The notes: generated by a model from the letters alone, not told the origin. A stretch of 64,000 nucleotides of DNA from Eledone cirrhosa (GCA_964016885.1 OZ024742.1:226920001-226984000); one strand, 5' to 3'. Shown: positions 1 to 13,776, counted from the stretch's first letter. Made by a program: numbers and translations.

Positions 1-204
1 CATTTACATTACTCTATATATACTATTGTATTTTTGTGATAAAGGCTTTATCTTACATAATATCGAATCTATGAGATTTTGATATTATTTATTTTGAGAA
101 CAATACCTTAATATCAGTGTGAGCAGCCAGTTACAACCAGTTTGAACAGAAAGAGGTGAGAGAATTCTGGCCGGATACGGCCGTTTTAAATGCTAAAGTG
201 TTAA
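1..204. mobile_element. piggyBac-like MITE, left end outside the window
   Basis: Ends TAAATGCTAAAGTG-TTAA; co-linear with the complete copy at 19841-20074. Confidence 0.6.
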
Positions 205-390
205 AGATTCCTAAGAAGGGAAACCGTGTGGAATACACAGGTCTTCAAGTTAATGATGCAGCCTTAACTTACCCTGTGTGTGGTAAAATATGCATTTCAA
301 GTCAGGCATATAACACTATAAAATACACATAGGTGAGCAAGTTGCTTATATAGGCTGCTCATAACAACAAAAGTTAGGTCCTATATGTAA

Positions 391-535
391 CATCATCATC
401 ATCATCATCATCGTTTAATGTCTATCTTCCACGCTAGCATGGGTTTAGACGGGAATTGTCCTATTGAGGCAAGATTGGTCGGGTGACCATGTCTTGCTCG
501 TATAGGACTGTCTGGCAGGTTTTCGACGGCTGGAT
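391..535 (-). mobile_element. 3' end of an RTE-tailed retroelement
   Basis: (CAT)n on + followed by TCTATCTTCCACGCTAGCATGGGTTTAGACGG, the reverse complement of the RTE 3' terminus seen near 43060-43105 and 55635-55700. Confidence 0.7.
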
Positions 536-756
536 GAATATAAATCACTTGGTGGACTAAAAAGCCACCATAGGAAGAAAATTGTGAAACTTGAAATCAA
601 GTGAACAACTGTCATGTAGGTATATATGTGCATTACACACATATATATATATATATATATGTTATCAGATGAACATGATCAAACTGGTTTTTCCATTTCA
701 TTTTTTATTTTTCCATGACAGATAAAATAAGGAGATAATGTGACTGTTGTTGTTCT

Positions 757-3700
757 CATCATCATCATTTTACGTCCGCTTTTCCCTGTTTGCAAGGGTG
801 GGATGGGTCTTATTCAGCACAGCATCTCTCCACTTGTCACGGTCCTTTGTCATCTCCACCGTGAGCTTCAGCGATCTGAGGTCTGTTCTCACCACCTCCG
901 CCCATGTTTTTCATGGTCTACCTCTACCACGTCTTCCTTCAACTGGCAATTCCTGGCACTTCTTCACCCATTGGTCATCCTCCATGCGCATCACATGTCC
1001 ATACCACCTCAGTCTCCTCTCCCGTACACTACATTCTATCCCTCTCAGACACAGTTTCTCTCTCAACACATCCATGCTGGGTCGTTCATGCACATTGACA
1101 CTGCACATCCAGTGGAGCATGCTTGCCTCATTTCTCTCCAGCCGTCGCATATCCTCTGCAGTTGCTGCCCATGTCTCACTACCATGCAGCATCACGCTCC
1201 TCACACAGGCATCATATAACCTGCCTTTCATACGTAGGGAAAAACCCTTCTTCATCAGCAGAGGAAGCAGCTCCCTAAATTTCTTCCAACCCGTCCTTAT
1301 TCTAGATACTATGGCCGTGGACCCCCCCCCTCCCCCATGCTAATCTGATCACCTAGGTACTGGAAGCTATCAACCACTTCTATAGCACCCGTCTGCATTT
1401 GAAAAAATGTGTTTATCAATGCGACTTCTACTGTCTAATTTCCCTGTACATCTACTGCATACGTATTTCTCCCTACCTGTTAGTTTTCCTGCTATCCCAC
1501 TACATCTCTTGTGTACCCAGGATCTGCATTGTGTGCATTTTATAGAATTTATGCCAGTTCCTTTTCTACATATCGAACATGGCCATTTCCCTGACGGAAT
1601 CAGGGTTTTGTCCTCTTTTCTACTCATCAACACTTTTGTTTTAGCTAGGTTCACTCTCAGTCCTCTTGCTTTCAACTGCTGTTTCCATAGCCAGAATTTA
1701 TTCTCTAGCTCCTCTACTGATTCTGCTATAAGAACCAGATCGTCAGCATAGAGAAGTTCCCATGGACAGACAGTCTTAAACTCCTCTGTTATGGCTTGGA
1801 GGACTATAATGAACAAGAGCGGGCTGAGGACCGAACCTTGATGTACTACTTGTATCTGGAATTCCTCACTAAACTCCATTCCTACCCTCACTTTACTGAC
1901 AGCACCTCTGTACAAAGTTTGCACTGTCCTCACAAGTCATTCCTCAACACCTAGTTTCCTTAGGGACCACCAGATGACAGATCAGGGTACCCTATCAAAG
2001 GCCTTCGCTAGGTCAACAAAGGCTAAGTATAGTGGTTTATTCTTCTCTAAGAACCTCTCTTGTAATTGTCTCACCAAGAAGAAGGCATCTGTTGTACTTT
2101 TCCCAGGCACAAAACCAAACTGCATCTCATCTAGTTTGACCCTTTCTCTAATTAGTTGTGCTAATATCCTTTCTGCCACTTTTATAATCTGATCCATCAG
2201 TTTCATACCCCTATAATTGCTCCTCTCTAGAGCATCCCCTTTACCTTTGTAGCAATTTATGAGAATACTGCTGCACTAGTCTTTGGGTATGACACCACCA
2301 TATGTAGCCTGATTGATGATGCGTGCAACCAGTTTAGTGCCTACGTCCCCTGATGCCTTCAGCATCTCCAGCAACTATCCCCAACGGTTCAGCAGCCTTA
2401 CCATTTTTCATTTCCTTAATCTCCTCTTGGATCCTATATTTGTCAATCTCAATAGCTGGTCCCTCTGTCGGATCTACTAAGGGTAATTTCTCTCTCTCCC
2501 ATTCGTTCTTCACATTCATCAGTCTCTCATAATGACATTTCCAGGCCTCCTTTTTCTGATCATTCGTGACACTAAGTACACCGGCATCATTCCGGACACA
2601 TTTTTCTCCAACAACATCCTGATTTGCATTGACACACTGCCTTGCAATGGGGAACACTGCACACCTCTGATCTTCCCATCGTAGAACATTGGCAAACCTC
2701 CTACTCTCAGCCTCCCTGCGTGCTAAGTACACCTGACGTCTAGCTTCTCTCTTAGTGGCTGTATATCCTTCTCTACTCCCACTCTTTTTCCAAGCCTTCT
2801 ATGCTAGTCTTTTGTCTCTACTGTGCTGTTCCACCACCAGGTCACTTTCTGTCTGGTTGGAGCTCTGCTCCAGCCACAAGTTTCATCAGTAGCCTGTAGT
2901 AAGTTGTCATGTAAGAAATTCCAGTTATTATCTATGTCATACGACTCTAAATCGTCTTCTTTTTGTCATACACATCTTGAAGGGCTTTCCTAAATTTGTA
3001 TTTTAGTGAAAGGTCTTTTAGCTTCCAGACCTTTCTTCACACCTTCCTGTATGTCTCATTCCATCTTTTGCTTACTGAGATATCAATAACAACTAACCTA
3101 TGCTGTGGGGTACATTCTTCCCCAGGGTATACCTTGGTATTTGACACCATCTGCCTGTCCCGCTGCCTAACTAGCAAGAAGTCAATCTGGCTTATGTGTT
3201 CGCCTGATTTGTAGGTTATTAGGTGGTTGGCAGGTTTCTGGAAGTTAGTCTTGCAAATAGTCAGTGTACTTGCATCACAAAATTTAAGAAGTCTCATACC
3301 TTCTTTGTTTCTTGAGCTGTAACTGTGCCCACCATGTACCCCAGTGTAACCATCCTGGAGCTGTCCAACATGACCATTGAAGTCCCCTGCTAGCATAACG
3401 ATGTCTCCGTCCTCTGTCATTGCGGTTGTTTGTAAAAAGTTGCTCATAAAAGCAGTCTTTCTCATCTTTGCCTAGGCCTGCTTGGGGAGCATAGGCAGAG
3501 ATGATTGTCACTAGTCACTTGCCTACAACTAATCTAAGCTTAATTATTCGATTATTAACTCAAACTACCTCTATTGTCTTATTGATCCATCTCTCAGCCA
3601 GGAAAATGCCTACTCCCCCTAACCCATCATCCTTACCTACCCAGAAAAGCTTATAGCTAAGATGTTTGCCTGCGACTAGTCTCGCAGAGGCACCTCTCCA

Positions 3701-4010
3701 TCTCACCTCTTGCACGCAGCACACATCCACATGCCTTCTCTCCAGCATCTCCACTATTTCACCAGATCTATCTGTGAGAGTGCCAACATTAAGTGTTGCA
3801 ACTCTGAGAGGAGACGTCTTCATATTTTTGTTGTTTCTATATATTTGTTGGTGTGCTCATAATTGTTTTGGCATTGATACACTGGTTGGATGCCCTTCCT
3901 AACACCAGTGCCATTTTACAGCATGGACCGGGTGCTTTTATTCGTGCCACCAGCACTAGAGAAGATGGACTCATAGGCCCTCTCTACCCCTCCATTTTAC
4001 AGCATGGTCA
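757..4010 (-). mobile_element. Near full-length decayed RTE-clade LINE (APE endonuclease + RT with PHD-type insertion), family A
   Basis: Minus-strand ORF pieces: ATLNVGTL..CCVQEVRW, SAYAPQ, AGDFNGHVG, SQIDFLL (APE); QFGFVPG, AFVDLAKAFDRV, QGSVLSP, LLYADD (RT); [18 protein letters not shown] at 3823, stop at 770-772 fused to the (GAT)n tail; several frameshifts and stops. Confidence 0.95.
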
Positions 4011-4013
4011 TAA

Positions 4014-4185
<172 letters not shown>

Positions 4186-4889
4186 CACAGTAATGAGAGA
4201 CAGACACGGATATATTTTTTCCTTCCTTGAGCTAATTTGATTATAGGGAACTATTGTGAGTTTTTTAACTCAATATATACTTTTGATATATATATATATA
4301 TATATATATATCAGGATTAAACCAGTTGTAAACTAGTTAGATCATTATTCAACAGAGTACTCGATACTAGGGATAGTAGAGTGTAACTATAATAGAAAGA
4401 GTCGGGACCCGACAGTTGAGCTCTTGCCGTTTCAACAGCTACTCTTGGGTCTCAAATAATTGTTCCCCACCCTGGTTATTAATTTTTGAGATTTTTTCCA
4501 ACTCCTCCGTTCTTATTCTAACCGCCACCCCCACCTCCAACATATTAAATTTTGTTAATCGATGTCTGGCGAAATTTAATTTTAAGTGGTAGCATTTCTG
4601 TGACAATTAATTTTCTTTATACATTAAAAAACAATTACACATAACAAAAAAAAAACGAACATTATTAGAAATCTCATACGTTATAATATGTCACGACATA
4701 TGTAAACTAAACGACTAATTTTGTTTTTTTGAAAAATCAACGGATTTCCAACTTATTTTTCTGCTTATTCCAACTCCCCTACTTATGACCAATCCTCCTA
4801 CTGTAGGTATGCACACGCACACATATATATATACACACATATATATATTTATATATATATATATATATATATACATATACCCGCATATA

Positions 4890-5282
4890 TATGCCTGTAT
4901 ACGAACACCAATGTTACATGGCAGTGAGACATGGGTATTGTGTGCAGAGGACCTGCGCAGACTGGAAAGGAACAAAGCATGCATGCTCTGTTGGATGTGT
5001 AATAGTAATATACGTGAATGGCAAAACATAAATGAACTAAGTGAGAAATCAGGAATAAGAGGGATCAGATGGTGTTTATTTGAGAGAAGACTACGTTGGT
5101 ATGGTCACGTGATGCGTTTGAAAGACGACAGCTGTATAAAAAAAGTGCAGGGCGATCAAAATTGATGGAAGTTATGGAATAGGTAGACCCAGAAAAACCT
5201 GGGACGATTTGATAAATTCCGACCTTACACACTTGCAACTCTCTAAGACAATATCACTAGACCGAGATCTTTGGCGCCACAC
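4890..5282 (+). mobile_element. RTE LINE 3' fragment (family B)
   Basis: [26 protein letters not shown]; closely matches 42325-42715. Confidence 0.9.
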
Positions 5283-5346
5283 AGTATATTTTAGAAAATA
5301 TGATATATTTTCACTAGCTCTTACAGTTGGCAGGTGAACAGTGAGG

Positions 5347-5388
5347 TGTACTGATGAAGGGTAATACCCAGAAACATTAGTGCCTGCA
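5347..5388 (+). ncRNA. Degenerate minimal type I hammerhead ribozyme
   Basis: TGTA-CTGATGA-A-GGGT(AAT)ACCC-A-GAAA-CA(TTAG)TG-CC-TGCA; both core boxes intact, cleavage triplet GCC instead of GUH. Confidence 0.5.
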
Positions 5389-5459
5389 GTTCTGTTTACA
5401 TGCTAACACCAGAGCAAGAATGAGGGGCTCATTCTACTGACATGGCTTTAAAAATGAGG

Positions 5460-5620
5460 CTGTTTGCATAACGAAGCATAGTTACGTCCCTTTACGATCT
5501 GAGTTCAAATCCCGCCGAGGTTGACTTTGCCTTTCATCCTTACGGGGTCGATAAAATAAAATACCAGTAATGCACTGGGTAATTGCTGGCCTTGTGCTTA
5601 AAGTAGAAACAATTATTAAT
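5460..5620 (+). mobile_element. tRNA-derived SINE with conserved central domain (MetaSINE-like)
   Basis: B-box GAGTTCAAATCCC followed by GCCTTTCATCCTTACGGGGTCGATAAAATAAAATACCAG; same family at 21283 and 39775. Confidence 0.7.
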
Positions 5621-5655
5621 ATTCGAAAAACTCAGATTACATTTATATATATATA

Positions 5656-6035
5656 TCATCATCATTTAACGTCTATCTTCCACGCTAGCATGGATTAAAC
5701 GGGAGTTGTCCCACTTGAGGCAAGATTGATCGGGTGACCGTGTCTCGCTCATATAGGACTATCTGGCAGGTTTTCTACGACTGGATGCCCTTCCTAACAC
5801 CAACCACATTTACAGTGTGGACTGGGAGCTTTTTACTGTGTTACCTACATGATCACATTACAGCATGGACTGCGTTTTTTTGTCACGAGACATACACAAC
5901 CTCATTAGTTTGGACTGGATGTTGTGGTACCAACATAACTTTATAGAGAAAGGGTGGTGTTGGCGGGAGTAGGGGATGGAGTAGGGGGTAGTAGGTTGGG
6001 GTGTATGTTTGGTTTGGAGGGGCCTGCTGACTGTA
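5656..6035 (-). mobile_element. RTE family-B 3' UTR copy
   Basis: (CAT)n, RTE terminus and GGATGCCCTTCCTAACACCAACC motif; reverse complement of about 42750-43105. Confidence 0.75.
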
Positions 6036-6193
6036 GGTCAACTCTGAACGTAGGGAAGGCGGGTCTTCTGTATTACTGCATAGCACCAAAGATCTCGATC
6101 CAGTGACATTGTCTTAGAGAAGTGCAAGTGTGCAAGTTCGGAATTTATCATGCCATCCCAGGTTTATATATATATATATATATATCTATATAC

Positions 6194-6281
<88 letters not shown>

Positions 6282-6283
<2 letters not shown>

Positions 6284-6435
6284 ATTAACAAATGTAAACT
6301 ATATTTATAAATAAATATGGTTTTATAAATATAGTTTCCATTTGTTAATATATCGTATTTTTACTCCAAATATTTGTTGAGTGTTTTATATCAGTTATAA
6401 AAATATTTGCTTGTTGTATCCAAACAATTTAAATA
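6282..6435. repeat. Fold-back-ended dispersed repeat, copy 1
   Basis: 30-bp inverted arms 6282-6311/6322-6351; flank 6352-6435 is the reverse complement of about 13570-13650. Confidence 0.7.
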
Positions 6436-6453
6436 GAACTTTTAGAACTTTTA

Positions 6454-6562
<109 letters not shown>

Positions 6563-6659
6563 TAATAATAATAATGTGTTTTAGATGATTCCCTCACCCC
6601 GCTTAGGATGAAAGCCGAAATTATTTGTTTAAACTTATATATATATATATACATATATA

Positions 6660-9600
6660 CTAACAGAGGTACCTGACATTGCCCTGGAATGTGTGTCAAT
6701 GTGATTTTGTTCATTCATACGTTCTTTTGGTCATGTGTTTGTGTGAAATATTTAACTTTGTCACACACACTGTCTTGCCAAATCTCCAAGAGAATTACAT
6801 TTAAGAGTACACATGCTGAATTTCTCAGGTTAATTTTATTGAAGATTAAGTGTTATTAACGGTCAACAAATAAACAAAAAAACAAACTTCCTTTAAAAAT
6901 TTATTTAGAATATCTTGCTACAGAAAGTAATAAAGAAAATAATAGGAAAATGTATTCTACGAAAATTATAAAACATTTACAGAACTTCAGTGTATGCGAT
7001 ATTCTTGACGTTTTTCCTTGGAGTATATATGAAGAGTTTGTGGGTGCTTCCTACTCTGGAACAACCTATATATAATTGACCATGCAAGAAACAATTCTCT
7101 TCTAGATGCAGAGCAGGTCCATTTATTTCCGTCAGTTTGTCTTCAATCTCAATCAAAGCTGTTATAATGTTCGCCTGAAAAAGTTACTTCTATGCCAGGG
7201 TTTCTCAGTTGTGCTTGGTATTTGATGTCCTCAGACATGACATCCCTATACTTCAGCCACAGCACCAATGGATTGGCTATGTCACAATTTTTTAATATAG
7301 TTGCAAACAAATTCCGAATACCTTTGGCGGTTCGGGATAGAGACACCTCTGTAAGTGTTGCATTCCATTCATTGTCATCTTCCAACAGATCTTTCCACGT
7401 ACAGGCCTCTTGATGGGTGTTACAAACAACACCATTTACTTTAAGAAGTTCATCAAAGCCTTGAGGACCTTTAACTTCATTAAGCAACATCCTCAAGTAG
7501 AAACATCCGTCCTGGATGTATTGCGTAAATCCTACCTAGTGTTACTGCTTTACGAATTTCAGGAGGGTTTTCTACTGGTCTTCCTTGTTTTCACCAGTTC
7601 CATTTTCCTCTGTGTTTATCAAAAGTGTAGTAAGATGGTATTTGTCCATATAGTAGAGTTTGTGCAAATCTATCAGTTCTACAAAGTTTTAAAAATGCTA
7701 GCAAAGTTGTCTTTCTTCATGCTATGGCTTGTTGGGCTGCATTTCGAACTGTAAAATACACTCATTGTCTATTTTCCTAATGGACATCAAATTTTTGCAC
7801 TGGTGGGTAATGAGCCAGAATGAGCATTCCAAAAATACACCAGAATGCTTCGTTACTGCTGATATATCGGCTGTGTTTGAAGTTGGACACTTCATCGGAT
7901 ATATTTTGTTGTTTTAGCGCAAACATGGCAGCATCAGAACCCTTGTTGACGTATTTGCCCACATACTTTATTGCTTTGACTGAATGGCAATATTTAATAT
8001 TAATGTGAGAATTGAAAGCTTTGCTAAGGAGCGGGCAATAGGGCACGATCCATCGGTTGTCATCTTATATTACCCAATATTGGCTTTGAAACCTCCTGCA
8101 TCTGGGCTTCTTCGACAGTAAGATGGGTAACTGTCATCAAAAGTCTGTGTTTTTTGTACAAATGGTTAGGATATTCTTTTTCACATTTACAGTTTTGATT
8201 TTTAGTGGAAGGCGAATTCATGTTAAGAGTGCCACACTGGGACCATGAAGGAGGCTGTTGTCACGTTTATTTAACATAATATCACGTTTGCTACCATGTT
8301 CCTCTCCAGTAATCACAACAGCTATCTCATTACATTCTGGAACATTAAATCTGAGAACATGTTCATCTGAGGGCCTCTTATCCGTGTCAATGACTGTTTT
8401 AAACTCGGGTGTATTAGCAGCAGTTTCCAGGGCCTATTTAAAACATTTAATGTAGCTGTTATGAGAATGAAGCATCTCTTGTAGTTGTAGTAACAGCTCT
8501 AGCCTTGTATTTTGGTAACTGTTGTGCCTAGTTTGGCCTTCAATATTAGAATCGCCTACGAAGTATATCTGCAGAAACCTTGGTTCTTCATTCGGCATTA
8601 GTTGAAGTGATCTAATTCTATGATAAACTTGGCCCTATACTTTGAAAGTCGGCATGAATTATCTTTCAGATATGATATTTGCTCCAAATGATGTCATCTG
8701 AAACACAGCATTGTTTCTTTGTATTTGTTTTACAAATTCTTTTCCATAAGCTGTTGATGCAAGCAGCAAAGTTTTCAATGGTTCTGGTGGATCCTGAATT
8801 GTAGGTAAATTAATTTTGCCACCAGAGCAACAAATCCGTGGATTTTCTCCAACCCACTTTTTTGCAGAACAGTTCTCACAGGTTTTGAACACTGAACCAA
8901 TAGATATCACACTTTCAGAGGCATAATAATGTGTCTGATAATAGTTGATGGTTGCTAGTCACCACTCAGGAGAAAAAGGTGTAAATTCCAACCTGACTTG
9001 TTGTTCTGTCTCCTATTCTCTGGAGTGGACATTTCTGGCTGCGTTACCCTGAAGTTGTTCTGTTAACACCTGTTCCCTGGAGCGAGCTTGTCTATCAGCT
9101 TGAGAATTCAACCTCCGTAATTTTTGTGCTCGTGTCTCGTGTTCACTGGAGCAAGTTTGTCTATTGGCTTGAGTCTTAAGTCTTGCTTCTTGTTGCTCTT
9201 GTGTCTCCACCATATTTTGTTGTCTCTGTTGTAGCCTGTCTTGTCTTTCTTCTTATGTTTCCCTAGCCCTTCGACTTCTGGAGCGCCGGGTTTCAGATGA
9301 TTGAAAAGTATTGTCTTCTACGCAGCATATTGAATTTTATAAAGTAAATTGTTTACAAAATAAGAAATAAATCCTGGAACAATTTAATGAATTTGGTCCA
9401 GTATATCAATGAACTTCACTTCACAAAACGAAGATATGATTGTTTGAAATGATAACACATGTAATACAAGGAATGTTGAAATAGTAGATCAAATCAAAAA
9501 TGCCCAGTGGATAAGATGGGTGTGTTGTCGATGATGTGAGTGAGAGGGCAAACAATGATTAGTAGTCACTTACCAACCCCCATCATTTCTGCTCTTGTGT

Positions 9601-10755
9601 CTCTTGTGCAATCGAGCGGGTTTCTCCATTGGCTTTAGAAACCAATAGATGAATCTGTAGCAACTGGGTGTGTAAGTGAACCAATGTGTGTAGATGTAGA
9701 GTGTGACACCAGCAGTTCATGTAGGTTGTACGAAGTTTTACTTCACAAAAGGAAAATACGATTGCTTCGAATCGTAACACACGTAGCACAAGGAATGTTG
9801 AAATAGTAGATCAAATTGAAGATGTCCAACAGATAAGATGGGTGTGTTGTCGAAGAGTCGAATGAGAGAGCAAACATTGATTCTTGCAGGTGTGCCGTCA
9901 AAGATGCAAATGACATTCTACTGTTGAAAGCATCTTCACTTATTTGGATTGCCTTATGCCTAACAATACGCATATTGCCACTTGAAATGCCTCATAGCCT
10001 TCATAAAAATGTGTCCTGTATAATAATGACTCCTTTGGCGACGAAATGCCTACGACGGTTGGATGGCCACTGATGAGGACAAACTTTTTCATATGTAACC
10101 CATTTGCAGCGCCGCAGCTCCATTATTATCATATTTACACATATTTTTTCCTCCGCTGCCACCAGTCTGTTTCGTTCTCTGTGTCTTTTCCCTTTCTAGC
10201 AGTCTCTCTCTCTGTTAGCCTCTTCCTCACCTTTCACTCACTCACTCTCTGTCACTACCTCTCCTCCTCCCCTTTATTCCCGTTTAACCCGTCCGTAATC
10301 CTTTTCTCGCAGACACTTGACCAAGCCGGTATGAATTTTTTTTCTCTCTCTCGTCTGCGACTTCACAGAACTTATGTTTACCGAATTCGCAGACCAGACT
10401 CCTTCTTCCTCCCGTTAGACCTGTGCGAAATTCCTTCCTTGCTCACATTTCAACCAGGTTTGATGGTCTTTATTCTCTCGTTCACGATTCCACCGAATTT
10501 ATATTCATAGAAATCTGGGACTTGTTTCCTTCTTCATCACTTTCTGCTGCGTAAACCATTTTGTTTGTTTACCCTAGCGTCCCCTTTATTTACGTGTCCC
10601 AACGACTTTTTTTTAGCCGTTGCTCGCACCAACCTGAGGTATATGGCCTTTAATGCGACGAAATGCCTACGACGGTTGGATGGCCACTGATGAGGACAAA
10701 CTTTTTCATATGTAACCCATTTGCAGCGCCGCAGCTCCATTATTATCATATATAT
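6660..10755 (-). mobile_element. Decayed, internally deleted Helitron (RepHel)
   Basis: Minus-strand pieces: ETQEQQEARL repeats, CENCSAKKW..CCSGGKI Zn motif, Rep PYCPLLSKAFNSHINI..AIKYVGKYVNKGSD, LRMLL..VKGP, and the Pif1 C-terminal HGQLYIGCSRVG..KNIAYTEVL* (about 6977-7120). 3' end CCAGGGCAATGTCAGG..TTAG is a decayed hairpin plus CTAG. Confidence 0.9.
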
Positions 10756-10984
10756 ATATATATATCACAAAAGTTTGACAATGGAAACTTAGAAGACAAT
10801 AGCCTGTTTAACAGTAGAAACGATATGCTGATTTGAGCATGCCAAAGGTCATTTTAATTGTTGGTGGTCTATGAACTCTTTCTCTTTCTCATTTTCTCTG
10901 TCGCCCTCTCTCACTCACTGGCTCTTTATCTGTCACACTACCTGTCTTTCTTTCTTGACGAAACAATAAACACTTTTAATGTTT

Positions 10985-11100
10985 AATGTTTCGTGGTTAG
11001 TGTTAGGAAGGGCATCCGACCATTCCCGCCTGAATGGAACAAAACCGTATAACCCATGCTTGCATGGAAGATGGACGTTAAACGATGATGATGATGATGA
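10985..11100 (+). mobile_element. Short RTE-tailed SINE fragment
   Basis: GGTTAGTGTTAGGAAGGGCATCC..AACCCATGCTTGCATGGAAGATGGACGTTAAAC(GAT)n. Confidence 0.75.
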
Positions 11101-13106
11101 TACAGTATATATAATTGTTTCTACATTTGGCACAAGGCCAGCAATTATCCAGTACATTCATCAAGTTACCTCCCTTTCATCCCATCTGAAAAAAGTGTTT
11201 TAAAATATTGGAAAAAAAACCCGATTAAAATTGACGGAAATTCCAAGATAAAAAACGAAAGACACAGTGATGTAGATCTGGAGAGAGCGGTTTCAGTCAA
11301 TACTTTAATTGTTACCAATGTATTCAGGATTTTGTGTAAATCTCGGTCAACAAACAAAAAAACTTGCTTTTTATAATATATATATAAATGTGTGTATACA
11401 GAGAGAGAGAGAGAGAGAGGGGGGGGATAATATAATAGAGGAAGAGAGAGAAGTGATAGTGTGTGAAATAGAGTAAAATTATTGATAGAGGTAGAGAGGA
11501 AAAGCTAGAAATAGTTAAAGCGAATAGAGAGGGGGAGAAGGTTTGAAAGTAAACTAGTGTTGCAGCTGTTTACCCATAATCCACCATGTAAACATTAAAT
11601 ATGGCAGCTTCCAGTGCTGTTTTAAAGTGCAGTAGATGTACCGGTCTTTCTAGGAGTACATACTTAATAATGTGCCAATGTTCAACACCATAACCACACT
11701 GTAGTCATCTCTGAGACATTGTATTTGTCGGTTAACCATATAAAGTCTGCTTCGTATCTGTGTAAGTCCTATTAATTCGCCTGTGGAATGAGCCAGCCAG
11801 CGATCGTGAGATAGAGATAGACTTCAGTGGCGGTATGTTGACATCTACAAGAGCCTAATTCAACCCTTTTCTACCACTAAATTATATTATATTCATTGCT
11901 TTACATATTCGGATATTCACCCTGCGTATTGGACACTTACCTTGCTGCTATCTGTGATTTTTACCAAAAGTAATTAAGATATAACGGTGAGGATCGCTTT
12001 TATTTTAATTATTTTTTTAATATATATAAATTCTATTTCATATTTTCCTTTTTCAGATTGACGATTTTAGTTCTAAAGGCATGTTCTACGTGGATTTCAG
12101 TGCTATATTGTTAACCACGTTCTCTATACCATTATTATTATACCATACTAGCATATATCGCTATTGGCATCTGCTATCTTCTCTATCTATTGATTTATTA
12201 ATTTATTATTATTAATTATTATTATTACTTAATATAAAACGGTTGTGCAAGAATTTATCGTACGACTATCAAGAACTGTTACCGCATTCTCATATTTTTG
12301 TTAAACTTCAAGGAGTTGATTTAAATTCTGAACTTTCTAAATTCATCCTGATTACATTTGGAAAAAAAAACAACAAAAAAACTCACATAATCCTCTTTAG
12401 TTCGACAGCTAAATGAAAACAAGATAGGTAAGATAGATACATATAAATCTGATTTTATTTCTAAATGATTGTAAATGATTCTTTCGCCATTCGTAAAAAA
12501 AACAACGAAATATATAAATGAACATAGGTTTAGAGTTGATGTAGATGTAATTGATTTAAGAAACTTCAGTGCTTCAGTTTCGAATTTCATTTCTTGTAGA
12601 AGATATGCCGGTACAAGCAGGGATTATGGAAACGGTTGGGTAGAAACCAATTCTGATTAATTTTCAATGTAACGAGCATGTTATATAGGAAACAAAGAAA
12701 TTTCTTTAGTATCTTTGGGTTAGAATGTCTGATCGTGTGTCAATCGAATCCCCGATTTAGTCAGCTGCTTCGAATGTCCGGTAGAAGGGTAGAATGTGAC
12801 TACACAGAGACATTGTTCTACACAGTTCTCGTTTTTTCTTCTCATATCTCTCACATGCCAAACTAAAATCCGACAACTGACAAACCCAACCATTGTGTAA
12901 CTTAGAAAAACCTCTGTTCACCACCAAAGTTTAGTTGTTTTCGTATTTATTCAAAGCTTACATGATGTCTGTAAGTTTTCAATAAATATATATGTGTTGC
13001 CGTCTTTGGAATGAAACCACTGGTAATGCACAACTAAGTGAAACTGTTAATAGAAATCCAAACTTCTACATTGTGTTGATTGCTCTTTTCTTTCGTTTGT
13101 ACCCAC

Positions 13107-13151
<45 letters not shown>

Positions 13152-13490
13152 GTATGTATATATATGAGAGAGAGTTGATTGGAACTCCGAGTTTTGCCAT
13201 CGGTGGATTAGCAACTGAAGGCGAAACTCGGGGTCCCTGTTATCTCAAGATGTATAATAGATTTAACTCTACTACCAGTATTGAGTTCTCCCACTGTCAG
13301 TAAATGTTTATTGTATAACATTCTGTTTGAATGAAGTGGGTGTTTGACATACCAGTGTACATAAAGCGTTCAAATATCAACTGAATGCGCACTCAATATA
13401 TGTGAAAAGAGCGTAAGATTTATTTTCGGAAGAAAAAGGAAAGTAACAGTGATTGCGAAGTGTGTATGTGTGTGTGCATGTGTGTATGTA

Positions 13491-13564
<74 letters not shown>

Positions 13565-13776
13565 GAGGTTATATTTAATTTGTTGGGATTCAACAAGCTT
13601 AAACATTTTTATAACTGATATAAAGCACTCAACAAGTTAGTGGAGTAAATACACAATATATTAATAAATGGAAACTATATTTATAAAACCATATTTATTT
13701 TATTATACTTGTATATTATACATGTATAATAAAATAAATATGGTTTTATAAATATAGTTTCCATTTATTAATATAT

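Noticed and set aside
740-1751. Plus-strand ORFs over the first LINE, and minus-strand ORFs over 26738-28924, 42180-42680 and 54819-55265
   Set aside because: Antisense shadows of RTE coding sequence
10038-10082. CGAAA...CTGATGAG as a type II hammerhead (also 10655-10700)
   Set aside because: Stems II and III and the NUH triplet do not pair convincingly
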